Shown here in pieces: positions 47,601 through 60,150 of a DNA stretch of 64,000 bases. Origin of the DNA: Balanoglossus misakiensis (Eukaryota > Animalia > Hemichordata). Every line of letters starts with the position of its first letter. The first letter of the stretch is position 1. The notes beneath the pieces are model-generated. The model made no database searches. It saw only the letters and a program-made list of their open reading frames with translations, and was not told where the DNA came from. The position numbers and the translations under genes were made by a program. The stretch spans positions 3,908,156-3,972,155 of the forward strand of contig CM082588.2 in the NCBI GenBank assembly GCA_040954595.2. The letters are read 5' to 3'.

Positions 47601-50600
47601 GAAAGTGTGTTTTATTTATGTGTGGTCACCACCTGTTACTTTCATTGAGTTCTGCATCTTGTTTCCATATGCACTGTACAATGAGGACACAGTCCCAGAA
47701 GATGGTTTTCCTGAAAGTGGAAGATTGCGGTTTTTGGATGCACACGCATGGTATTTATATTACACCTAGTTTCAATGAGTCATATCTGTGTGTGTTTTGT
47801 CTAAAGGTATCATGACTGGTTCAAACATGTCAGGGGATCTGAAAGATGCTCAGAAGTCGATCCCGTCAGGGACCATTGCCGCCCAGTGGACAACATCCTT
47901 TGTCTGTATCCTTGACATCCTTGTTGGAGGCTTATTCTGGGACTGTCTTGATCATCAAATCAAGTGATCAATTCATAGTGATTTAAGCTGCAAATTTACC
48001 TGTGAATTTATGTTTTGCAACTTATGCTGCATATTGAACTAAAAGTCTCAACATTACTCAGATTTATTCTGTCACTTGTTGCTCGTTTCATTTCCTGAAC
48101 TTGTTACAATACAGATCTTTCACTAGTCTTGATATTTGGTGCAACTATTGAGAGAGAACTTTTACTGGACAAGTAAGTAGGGTCATTTATGTCATATTAT
48201 CACAGCTTACTCAAATAAAAACAGAAAACTCACCTTTTGAAATTTTAATCATGCTTGCGGGAAATGTATACATGTATGATAATTGTGGTTGCTTTTTGGT
48301 GTTTCTGGTGAATCAACAGGTATGGAGAAAGTCTCGGTGGAAGTATGGTGGTAGCCCAGTTAGCCTGGCCTAATGAGTGGGTCTTGCTCATTGGTTCATT
48401 TACATCTACGTTCGGTGCTGGGTTGCAGTGTCTTTGCAGTGAGTATTTTACAATGCAGTGTCTGTCAGTTGGCAAATCGGAAACCATCTCATGATCTGTT
48501 CAGCTTACCGGCTGCTGGGTGTTTGGAGTGAAGCCCAATGGCGGCATAATCATGGATCAGCTCACATGTACAGATCTTGACAGAAAAAGTAACTTTCTGT
48601 TTTAATTTCAATGGTGCTATCATGCAGTTGCTAAAATTTTCTGTATTGTGTGATGGAGTGAAACAAGAAAAAATTGCCAAAGTAGCCAGAAACGCTGGAA
48701 AAAAATATTATTGAACATTGCTCGAAGTATATTTATAATGGAATTTATTTTACTTGTTTCAACAGGTGCACCTCGTCTGCTTCAGGCCATTGCCAAGGAC
48801 AATGTGATTCCATTCTTGGGGGTGTTCAGTGTTGTTACTAAGCATGGCGAGCCGTGGAGAGCTCTGTTGATCACAGTTTTTATTGCAGAGATTGGTATCC
48901 TCATCGGTGCTCTTGATCATGTGGCTCCAGTAGTTGACATGTAAGTGTCTGCAGGTGATGCTTTGAGTTCAAATGGACTGTGTCACAAGCAAATAAAATT
49001 TGCAAAAAAAAATAATATATGTACACATCACATGTTATTTGAAAACGACTTTCGAAAACAAAATCTAACTTGAGCAAGAAGACAAATGAAGTTGGGTTTA
49101 TTATCACAAGACTTCTTTGGTATCGTACATCAATCATTTTTGTCTGGTCAGCCTCAGCCTGTCTGAACCATTTCACCAAATCAACTTTTTCACAGTTGTC
49201 TCCATTGATTTCTGCAGGTTTTTCTTGATGTGCTACGGGTTTGTAAATCTGGTCTGTGTCTTGCAAACTCTGCTGAGAGCCCCTATGTGGAGACCTCGCT
49301 TCCGATACTATCACTGGTAGGTACTCAGTCACAGTTTCTTGAGCTGTCTGTTTTGTGATGACAGTTGATCATACTTTATAGGATTCTAACCTATAGGCTC
49401 AGGGTATTTCTGCAATGGAAAGTTGCTGATTTGAGTTGGTCTATACAGATCTGTGAGTGGGTTGCTAAGTTTCCAACTTATAGACTGAACTAGTTCTACT
49501 AAAAATGGGTTGTACATATAAATTCTATCACTTGTTGATGTGTTTGTGTTTATTTGCAGGACCCTGTCACTGCTTGGTGCTATTCTGTGTTTCACAATCA
49601 TGTTTGTAACTCATTGGTACTATGCTGTGGTGGCCATAATACTGGCTGCTGGAATTTACAAATATGTGGAATTTAGAGGGTAAGTAGAAGTGACAAGAAT
49701 AGAGCTTTGTAGAATGCTATTTTGGATCAACCATAGTACATACAATCCCATGAATATATTGATATGCATGTTAATAAAGGCACCTGGTTTGGTTTGCAGA
49801 GCCAAGAAGGAGTGGGGCGATGGACTCAGAGGTTTAGCCTTATCAACAGCAAGGTACAGTCTGTTGAAGATAGAAGATGAAGACCCACATGCTAAGAATT
49901 GGAGGTAAACTAGCACACAACTACATTTAGTGCAGTATTACATATAAATGCCACTCGTGAGATACCTGCATGAATCTTCTGAGCAAATCATGAAAAAAAT
50001 AGTATGGAGTGAATTTTCAAAGCTTAGTGGATGAAAATGGTACTTTTTGTATTTTTATAGGCCACAGTTGTTGGTGTTGGTGAAATTAAATGCAGAATTA
50101 CAACCCAGATACAGAAGACTAATAAACCTAGCTGGAAACCTCAAAGCAGGTAGGACTGGCAATCACGTTAACCTCTGAAGCATTGTGCAATGTTGAATTC
50201 TTTCTGAAAGTATGTTATTTGAGAATGTAGTTTTCCAAACAAAATTATATTGACTCTTGACTGTTTTCAGAAGGTGTCCATATCAATTACTTATGTGTGT
50301 TTCCCCTCTGATTGTATTTGCAGGCAGAGGTCTGTGTATCTGTGCATCTGTTCTAAAGGGTGTCTTAGGGGATATGACAGAGCAAGCCAAAGAAGCAAAA
50401 CAGGTATGTATATACTGTACGGAAATTTGTACTGGGATATTCTTGTATCAGGTGAAACCTGTTTTATTTTTTAACCCTTTCAACCAACTCTTTGAACCTG
50501 ACTGTTTTGTTTCCTCGTTTCACTCAGAACTTGAAAAATGTACTGAAAGAGGAGAAAGTGAAAGGCTTCACCAATGTCTTGGTCAGTAAGAGCGTCATAG

Positions 50601-53600
50601 AAGGACTGAATATTTTGTAAGTAGTCTGCTGAAATGTGTCAGCACTCTTTTAAAAGTTCTTGAATGTGCTTGGAAAGTGATATTCAATCTTTGGTAGACA
50701 TGTTTGGTGTGTGATGTTTGATGTTAAATTTTCTGACTTTTGCTCTCCATGACTTTTTTTTACAGAATTCAGACCATCGGTTTAGGAGGAATGAGACCCA
50801 ACACAGTGCTTGTTGGTTGGCCCTATGGCTGGAAGGAAAGTCATGATGATCAGACTTATGAAATCTTTCTCGGTAAGTTGTCTATAGGCCTCCTAGTCTG
50901 AAATGTTTTCTTCCAGTCTGTTGAGATACCATGGCTCCCCATCAGTGCCACTACTCGCAAGTAGACAGGGGAAGTTAATACAAAATTTATATAAAATCAA
51001 TCAACTTTGGACATGTGCACCATGCAGATTTCACTTATTTCCCCCACCCCCAATCAGATTCTGTAAATTCCACCTTTTCCTTGTTGATTTCTAGACTTAC
51101 TAGAAAATGCCAAGCATGCAGAGATGTCTGTGTTGGTTCCGAAGGGCATCGATCATTTCCCGGACGTCAAAGAGAGAGTCAGTGGCACCATCGACGTGTG
51201 GTGGATACTCCACGACGGCGGAATGTTGGTGCTTCTCCCATTCCTGCTCAAGCAGCACAAAGTGTGGAAGAACTGCAAGCTACGCATCTTTGCCGTGGCC
51301 CAGATGCAGGACAACAGCATCAAGATGAAGAAGGATCTTTGCAGTTTTTTCTACCATCTGCGAATCGATGTCACAGTTGAAGTGGTGGAAATGGTGAGTT
51401 AGTCAGAATGGTTTGTTTTGGTAGGAAGACAGCAATTTTTGTTTCATTTAAGACAGCTGAACCTGTTTCAGGAGTTCAGAGATATACCGGCAGTTCTAAT
51501 ACATGTATGTGCTCATATATATGGTTTTTATATGCCTGTATGTGTGAGTGTATAATTCTCTGTTTGTGTTCTGATGTCATTGTTTCTTGTCCCAAACCCA
51601 CTACAGCCTGACAGTGATATCTCAGCGTACACATATGAGAGGACAATGCAGATGCAGGAAAGAAGCGAAATGTTAAGACGGATGAAACTTTCACCAAGCC
51701 AGCTCTCCCATGAGGTAGGTTCCACAGTTCATGTCCATGTAGTGTGTGAAGCCCTTCTACTACAAATAAAAAATATACAAATGGGATAATATCTCAGGAT
51801 GTTCTCGTATCTGCCCGGTCTTACTTTTCCTACCAATTGTGGTAAATATCTATAACTATATCTTTTGTGTCCTTTTGGTATTTTTCTAATTTATTCCTCC
51901 ATTTTCCTGTAAAGATTTACAGTAACTGAGACATGAATTGAATTTTTATTTTACTAAAATTTTTCTATTCTATTTGTACTAGAGTCAATCCTTCCTACTT
52001 TTATATCTGACCAATATGTGTCTGAGTACCCTCTCTTCATTCACCCCTCAATCATTACCCTCCCCCCTTTCTCCTCCACCCAACCCATACTCTCTAGTGC
52101 GTTTTTTAAGACTCTTGTTGCCAACTTTTGTTTTGGTGTTCCGTCCAGAACAAACAGAGCAACGATCACTCCTTGCAGCATTCGCGGAAACCTAGTATGA
52201 AAAGACTGCGGAGGATGTTGTCATGGGAACGAGAACCAACCATCTTTGAAGTTTGTATTTTACTTTTTCTTGTGCCTGCATTAATCTGCATGAGCTCTAG
52301 CGTTTCATGAAATTCTCACCGCATTAATTTCCATTGCAGGTATTATATAAGGGATTCTATGCTTCCAATTTTCACTATGCTGGCATCTCAGAGGTGTATC
52401 TCACTAAGGGATTATTAACCCAGTTCCATCTTTGTTTTCCTGTAATTTTCAACCATGGATTCATAAATGCCGGATTAGATAGTAATTCTTGACCACATTA
52501 TAATAAATACAGTAATCAATTCTAACTATGGTGTTAAACCTTCTCTGGTATAAAATATGTTACATGTTGACTTCTGCAGGGTTCTATGGATAGTCTACCC
52601 TGAAAAAGTCACAATTGTGATGGGAAAGCTGTCATGTAAATGTATATACACTGTAGTGCTTACCAATAGCCATCAGCAACATAGTCTAATTCTGTCACTC
52701 AACACATTATCTCTTGCTTCACAAATATTGACTTAGGCTTGATAGTCACAAACAAGTACATGTATCTCTTTCAAAAGGGTGGCTTTATTCATGCCTAGTT
52801 GAGCTTTCATAGCATTGCTCACTGATTGAAGACAGCTATGAGGACGTTATCTCAGATTAATTCTGGGTATTGGGGAATAAGGTACTCATCAGTATGTGTG
52901 ATACCATAGGTGCCATACATAAGCCAGTACATAATTCTGTCCAGAAGTACCGGGGGTATGTCATCAATAGCACTGTAAAGATTATTCAGTAAGTTGCAGC
53001 AGGCAACTCAGCATATGGTAAGATTTTCTCATTAGACGTAAAAGCCATCAGCATCCAAATTATAATGAAATGGGTGTGGACTTTTAACTATTTCTAATCA
53101 TTGTATTTTATTTCAGCCCCAGGCAATCTTTGAATCGTGCCACGGAAGTGAATCCACTCCCAAAGTGACGTTCATGACAGGAGGTGATGTAGACGAGAGC
53201 ATTGAACAGTTGAACCAGTACACTTTCAGCAGTCTGGATGGGGGACCCAGGCCCAGGACTTCCAGTTACGTGTGAGTGTTAACTTGGATATCTTTGAGTC
53301 ATGTTGTAGATCAACAGTCAATCAGTTGTAGAGATAGGCAGCGTCTTATTTGCTTGGTCTGTGAAATATTCTGTTGGCGCTGTCTGTCTCTATGGTACAC
53401 CTGAACAACTCCTACAGAAGATCACATTCAAATCTCATACTTCTGCTATCAATCAACCAGACATCTTCTCAATCTAACAACATGTAACTTTTCTCACTTT
53501 TCTGTTGAAGAGATCCGCATTCCGTGAGGAAAATGCACACAGCTGTGAAAATCAACCAGGTGATCACGGAGAAGTCCAGTGAGGCACAGCTTGTGATCAT

Positions 53601-53998
53601 GAACCTGCCTGGTCCACCCAAGACAAAGTCGGCCATACACAATTGTATCCTTTAGTATACATGATGAGGTTTAACAGGTAGGTGAGGATGTATGTGTGAG
53701 GTGCATGGGAAGATTAATCATGAGACAGGGTTATGTGTTTGCATGGTGAAAATAGAGTGTGTTGCATGTGGCATGCAGTAAGCTAGTTTACAAGTGGGTG
53801 GGCAGGGAGGGGACAGGGAGACAGACATGCAGACAGACATGCAGACAGAGAAACAGATTAATGGATTAGTTTTTATGCTTGATTCCTTAACTCCCACCAC
53901 CATCAGATATCCAATACCTTGAAATGCTGACAGAAGGTCTGGAGAAAGTGTTGTTAGTGCGGGGCACTGGTAGGGAAGTCATTACTATTTACTCTTAG
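41695..53998 (+). CDS. KCC: SLC12 potassium-chloride cotransporter (KCC, SLC12A4-7 family), 26 coding exons including one putative cassette, ~1126 aa
   Basis: Exons 41695-41905, 42679-42815, 43006-43101, 43401-43547, 44312-44366, 45936-46066, 46285-46514, 47089-47294, 47446-47583, 47807-47905, 48115-48172, 48320-48438, 48766-48940, 49218-49316, 49560-49679, 49800-49904, 50061-50149, 50324-50403, 50528-50616, 50766-50872, 51095-51393, 51607-51714, (52149-52250), 53117-53271, 53511-53644 and 53907-53998, totalling 3381 nt in frame. Motifs: [92 protein letters not shown] and C-terminal GREVITIYS. Confidence 0.95.
47906..48114 (+). other. U12-type (minor spliceosome) GT-AG intron in KCC
   Basis: 5' splice site GTATCCTT; branch-like TTTCCTGAAC at 48091-48100, close to the AG; reading frame is restored across the junction (FV/YLSLV). 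Confidence 0.85.
53645..53906 (+). other. U12-type GT-AG intron (last intron of KCC)
   Basis: 5' splice site GTATCCTTT; consensus branch TTCCTTAAC at 53883-53891; AG at 53905-53906; frame continues (HN/YIQYLE). Confidence 0.93.
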
Positions 53999-55483
53999 CT
54001 CTTGTCCACCTGCATTGAAGAAGCTACTTCAGGCTCGTGATACAAGTGTACGTGATCAAGGGTGTTACATATCAAGAACAAAAAATTTTCATAGATCCCC
54101 CCAGAAGCTGGTGCTTATTTTAAAACAAAATGTCTTGTGCTCCTTGCCCCTTGTAAATAGTAAGATGTATATTTTCATGGATGTTTTTATTTTCTATTGA
54201 ATTGGGATCAGTTTTAATACCAAGGTGCTCGTTCTTGTAGCATTACAGTGTTTGATGCTGTGTTTGAGAGATAGTTAAAACCAAATGTCAGCCAACCATT
54301 GTGATAAACTGTTTGATTTTGTTATTCTTACAGCAGCAAGTTTTGTATTTTCCAAAGCTTGATTTATTTGCCGTTGAGTTGAATTTTGTTAACTGCCTGA
54401 GTTGTGTTTACTTGCCAGAAAAGCTCCTATTTATTATGTTTTCTTGAATTTACATACAAGTTTTGTACTTGTCGCAGATAGCTTGTCATCGGATAGAAAA
54501 ATTTGTTCTTATTCAGTGCAAATTTATGAATTTATTTGCACTGTAAAGTGCGTGATTTGAAACACATACCTCCATGATAGATTCAGGTATTTATTTCTTT
54601 ACAAAATGATACTGCTACTAAATTTATTTTTGAGTTGATGGAAGTTTGCTGTGACAGATTTGATTTTTGATTACTTAAAACTCAGTACTGGTATTACAAT
54701 TTCCTTTCAAAATAACTTTACATACCCCTTGTTTAATGTGTATTTGCAACAAGTCCATGAAATTCAGACATGGGTTTCTGAATTTCTGCATACAAACTGG
54801 GACCACACCTGGTATGTGTCGTGAAGGATCTTTGCCCTAACCAATATACATGCTTGAAAATCTACTGAACTGGAATTTATGAACTGATGCAGTCTGTTTG
54901 TGATTATTTTATGCTGTTTCTTCCAGTTTGAATTTTTTTTATTTAAAAAAATGACAAAGTGAAAATGTAAATTTTCCATGTAAATGTGTGTATATTTGAA
55001 AACAAAGGTTTATTGTTACTGACTGAATTTGTGAAGTATTTTTTATAAAGTGCAGGTATTATATCACGTTTTGTGAATTTTTATGGAATGAAGTTTAACT
55101 AATGGGATTAAGATTTGTGTTGTGAAATTAAAAAGATATGAAATGATAACATAAGACTTGAGATAATGTATGTTTTATATCTAATGATGTCCTAGTTTCT
55201 GTCAAAAATGGTTCCAATCAATCATCAGTCCCATGAATAAGCTCCTATCTTAAAATGCAATCATATCTTACATGGAAACACACTGAAGAAATCCAGTCAA
55301 CAAGTTAGTTTCATAAATATATTTCCAAACTTTATTTTCCCAGAAATACATAAGAGTAATGATACATGTATTGTAGAATATTGTGAAAAAGCATATATGT
55401 GTGTAAAGATTGCTGTTTTCTATCGCTATCAAATCCAACAAACGACGTAAATGTGACAGATCCCTGGATTATCGTGAAGCATT

Positions 55484-58338
55484 TCAGACTCCGATACCGG
55501 CACTCGTTTCTCCGACATCATCTCCGCCATTCAGCCACTTCATCGGAACATCGCACAATCCGGCGTATTTTTCCGCACTCACAGCAAGATGCGAAATCTG
55601 AGCCAACAAGGCCTCCAATGGCATGGGTGAACTCAATTTTGGTGGAGTGAGTTCCTGCAGGAAAAAAAATGAAGTTACATGTTAACAGTTTAGTTGCATG
55701 TACACTCACATGTACATATCACAAATAATTTCAAACGATGATGTAACAAAATTCCCAGGTATCTGCAAAGCTATAACACAGTTTATGTCAGAATCATGAG
55801 TTTTCTATCAACCTTATGGAAATCGTAGCAAACAACCATCCTGTGGTCAGCACTCTGTGGGTATAAAACACAGACTCCTATACCTTTCCGACATATGTTA
55901 TCTTCAGGAAGTGTTTGCCTTCCGAGTTCCTGTAGACTTCGAACCGGAGATCAGCTGCAAAGGGTGGCCACTGGTGGTCATAGACATCGAATGCACACAG
56001 TAGAGCTATGATGGACGAATCATGGCAGGCGTAGAGGTGGAATTTAGCTCCCCTAGAAACGTGAAAATAGAAAAGGCGGTTGTTCGATATGTGATGTTTA
56101 CAGATGCAGATCATGGCAGCAAAGATTATCCTTGCCCATGATGTACGGGGTAATACCTGGTAGTTTTTGTATCAACTCTGCGTATATACCATATGTTCAG
56201 TTAGAATTATTATTATTGAAAATTGAATACAAGAATCCCCCTCTATCCATCCACAAATATAAAACATTTATCATTAATTAAGCAATAGAAGTTTAAAAAA
56301 ACAGCGATGATATTTACATTTTTCCTTCAGCCACACTCTGCAAATTATCCGATATCAACTTCACCAAAGGACCGACCGATACTTGTAAGACTTCCTCTTT
56401 GTCTTCTTCTGTTGCCCCCATCACTTGACATCGCGTCACTTCCAGTGCCCACTTCTCGATGTCCTCAGCTTGTGACTTCAGCTCGTCTGGCACTGGCAGG
56501 CCGTTTGACTGCGGGCGAGAAAATGCATCAGAAACAGTCAGCAGACATTGAGGTGAATTGCCACGCCAGCGCAATGATTATTTGGATAGAACTATAACTT
56601 TTCACTTCTTAAAACTAAATGGCTTTGAACTTACACTCTTATACAGCGCCATTTAGCCACTGGATTGCAGACAAAACATGGCTATGCAGACCACACTCAA
56701 CACTGCACCACATAAAAGTTTGTCGTCACACAACAACTGAAAGACTTCACTCACCATTCTGGCAAATAAATCGTCCCTGATGTGAACAAAATTCACATCT
56801 TCCTCCTTCTCAAGACCCAGTATCTTCTGCAGACGTTTCCTCTCCTCACTCAGACCGGGGATGATGTGAAGATGCTTGGCCAGCCACTTGGTGTGCGCCC
56901 CCAAGTGTGCGCAGTGACGGTTGCTAGGATACAGGATTTCTCTGGCCTCATCCTCACAGTGGATGACGACCAGACCTGGAAATGTTTTGAGAAATGAAAA
57001 TTGAATTTTACTGGCATGGAACATGCAATGTACTAAGTAACTTAATCTGTTTGTGAAAGTCAAAATTAAATACACAAACAATTCTTTTCCCACCTTTTGG
57101 TTTGTCTTTCAATTCCTTGTACATTCCGGCCACACAGGAGCGAGCTGACTCCTGGGTCCTGGCAATATTGGTCGAACGGATGCTACCACAGGGAATAGAA
57201 ATAGATTGATCAGTGTCACATACTGCGAAAGGTTTCACTTGCTGCACTGATATTGAAGTCAGCACAACATATACAATGCATCACCATCATATCAATATAC
57301 AGCATGGTATGGGAGGAAGAATTCAAAATTATTAAGAATGAAATCAAAACCTACTAAATGGCACTGGGATCGAATTCTGCTGGCAGGAATTTTCTTTCTT
57401 CAACATACTCTTTCCGCAGTCGTTGCCCAAGTTCATACAGCTGCATCATGCCCTTGGCAGTGAGTTGACCTGGATATGACCCACCCTGTCAAAAGGGTCA
57501 AAGTTCACAAATGCAAATGAGCTTGGGATTCAACTGCAACTCTGATATTAAACATATGTAAAAATCAGCCTTGTTGAACCTCCCTTTAAAATTCCAACAT
57601 CTTAAAAAAAATCTTACCTGTAATGTTCTTTCCCTGTATCTTGCTTCTGAAGTCCAGAATGGTGCTGGTCCATCATCCAACGACTTCAACTCATATTCAA
57701 TGCGAGACTCATCAGCCCCAGCAAACAATTTGTCTTTATCCCAGGTTGCCTAGAAACAAAATCAGAATTTCAGATGGAAAAAAATAAGACAAAAAATGTA
57801 TAGTACATGTGCCAATAACTATACAATGATTCTTACTCCTGTTTGTGAAAGTGAAATATGTATAAAAAGTACTCTATGCATGTGTATATGTATATATTTT
57901 AAAGTTGTTTCAATGCACAATGAAAGAGTACAATGCTTCCCGTCATGTCACGTGACGAAAGTTAGATAATGAATCGCAGAAAACAATACCATGGATTGGT
58001 GAATGGAAATGTGCTGAGTAATGGAGAAACCTTTTCTGTCAAACTTTTGAGGATACATGCTTATTTTTATTTTCGGTCAAATTGCTTTCGAGCAAATATC
58101 TCAACTAAACCAGGGGGTGGATTTTGTTGGGACTTTGTCGGGGAAAACGGAGTAGATACTCAACGTGCGTGACTTATTTTACGGTGCGACGGAGTATAGG
58201 AGTGGCACCCACCGAGTCGATGTTTGGTATGAGGTTCATCGTGGTTCTGACACCGTGTCGGATGAAAATCGCTACATGAACGAGCTCCAGGTCCGATGAG
58301 CTGTTCCCTGGACCACTGTTGTGAGTTTGTTCGCTCAT
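55484..58338 (-). CDS. ACP6: Histidine acid phosphatase, lysophosphatidic acid phosphatase type 6-like; 8 coding exons, ~409 aa
   Basis: Exons 58338-58213 (LELVHVAIFIRHGVRT), 57749-57618, 57485-57355 (GGSYPGQLTAKGMMQLYELGQRLRKEYV), 57182-57094 (IRSTNIARTQESAR), 56975-56755 (EILYPSN..C), 56508-56318, 56052-55884 (HLYACHDSS..WPPFAADLRFEVY) and 55654-55484, totalling 1230 nt in frame. AATAAA on the minus strand at 55331-55336. Confidence 0.88.
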
Positions 58339-58717
58339 TTTTATTTCTGAAGGGAAATACGAAAGCGTGATCGTTAAAATCGGCGTCTGCTACAAACGTA
58401 AACATACACACCACTGTGACATAAACCCGGAAGTGATGATCAACACACTATAAACTTCAACATGCAAGTTGCTATCACAAACCGCGAGTTGAACAACAAC
58501 AATGCGGAGATGATAACCGTCTTTTTTAACCAAGAAAACCACAATTGCAATACATACTTACACCGCTCACGATCGAATCTCAACGCCCACAAGCAGAATG
58601 GTCGCGTCGATCAACGCCTGTGAGTTTGACCTTTGACCTTGCTCAAAGTGAAATGAAATACGTAACCCTACGTCATATTTCTTACGTCATATTTCTACAG
58701 CGCAGAATTTGTCATAC

Positions 58718-59110
58718 CCGCCGTTGATGGCGACATTAAACATTTTCTATCAGAGAATACTCGTTGACCTTTCAGAACTTTTGGAACCAGCAGGTGCAAA
58801 CTGTCTGGAAATGTACGCCCGTTTTCAATATATATTTAAATTTGATGTCTAGACAAGAGTTTTCAATCAACTGGGTCACCAACAGTGTTCAGCTAATTAA
58901 TTCAGACCCCGACGATTCTGGTTGGTCAATACAATCCGCACGCTGAAGCAGGTAGACAGCGGCCCCTGTGATTGGTCAATTACGCACGAGCGCTCTGCGC
59001 TCTTGGAACAGGTGAGGCAACGTAGACGCTCCAGATAATTTGACCCGGCGTAGACGCTCCAGATAATTTGACCCGGCGTTTACCCTATAAAGTTTGTTCA
59101 CATGTCTGCA
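58718..59110. repeat. Direct repeat copy A (~390 bp) with an internal 28-bp tandem duplication (59021-59076)
   Basis: Aligns by eye over its whole length to 59281-59652, from ccgccgttgRtggcgacattaaa to ccctataaagtttgttcacatStctgca. The unit cgtagacgctccagataatttgacccgg occurs twice. Confidence 0.92.
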
Positions 59111-59280
59111 TGGCCGCAGCACATGAAATTACCTGGCCCAAAAAGTTGCTTTAGGAACATTTATCAGCTTTTTTCTTTCGTGTGCAACAGCCTTCAGTGC
59201 ACAAAGTTGTTGGTAGCGTCATTACACCCACCAACACTTCCCTCGTATGTCTTATTTCTACAATTCTATTTGCCATATAT

Positions 59281-59652
59281 CCGCCGTTGGTGGCGACATT
59301 AAAATTTTTCTATCAGAGGATACTGTCTGCGTATGAGAACTGGGTCTCATCTCGTTGACCTGTCAGAACTTTTGAACCAGCAGATGCAAACTGTCTGGCA
59401 ATGTACGCCCGTTTTCAATACATATTTAAATTTGATGACTAGACAAGCGTTTCCAATCAACTAGGTCACCAGCACAGTTCAGACCCCTGCGATTCTGGTT
59501 GGTCAATACGATACGCACGCTGAAGCAGGTAGACTGCGGCCCTTGTGATTGGTCAATTACGCGCTGCGCTCTCTGAACAGATGAGGCAACGTAGACGCTC
59601 CAGATAATTTGACCTATGGCGTTTACCCTATAAAGTTTGTTCACATCTCTGC
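59281..59652. repeat. Direct repeat copy B (~370 bp); a third degenerate 5' fragment lies at ~59840-59895
   Basis: High similarity to copy A with small indels. ccgttggtggcgac...gcgtatgtaagaactg recurs at 59841. Confidence 0.9.
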
Positions 59653-60150
59653 AGTATCTCAAACCTGCTTATTTAAATGAGTTCACCATTTGAGTAGTTC
59701 ACAATTTTAATAAATTACCCTACAAATTAATTACATGGAAATAGGTTACTCCCTCATTACTTATTTAGTAGTGCGCTATTTAAATTAACAATTATTGGAG
59801 TAAATAAGTAATTTACCAGTGAAAGTATTTGTCGTGTTCACCGTTGGTGGCGACGTGAAAATGTCAAGCTCAGATTCGCGTATGTAAGAACTGATAGCTT
59901 TGTCGTGAACAGTCAGTGGTGTTGAACCAATTAGTTGACTATAAATTTGCTCAGTTATTTTCTATCGTGTGCAGCAGTCAAGTGAATTTCCTCGCTTGGA
60001 AAAAATATCATACGCGATATTTAAAGATCAGCATTTGTTGCCTTGGTTTAACAAGTTTTCAAGATGAAGTTACAAAACTTTTATGTGTAAACCACGCGAT
60101 TTAACTTGGAGTTCAAAATTGTTTGTTGTTTATCATTCGATTTGAAAGTT

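Noticed and set aside
59021-59076. 28-bp direct repeat resembling a CRISPR repeat
   Set aside because: Two adjacent copies with no spacer, no cas genes and a eukaryotic context; a simple slippage duplication.
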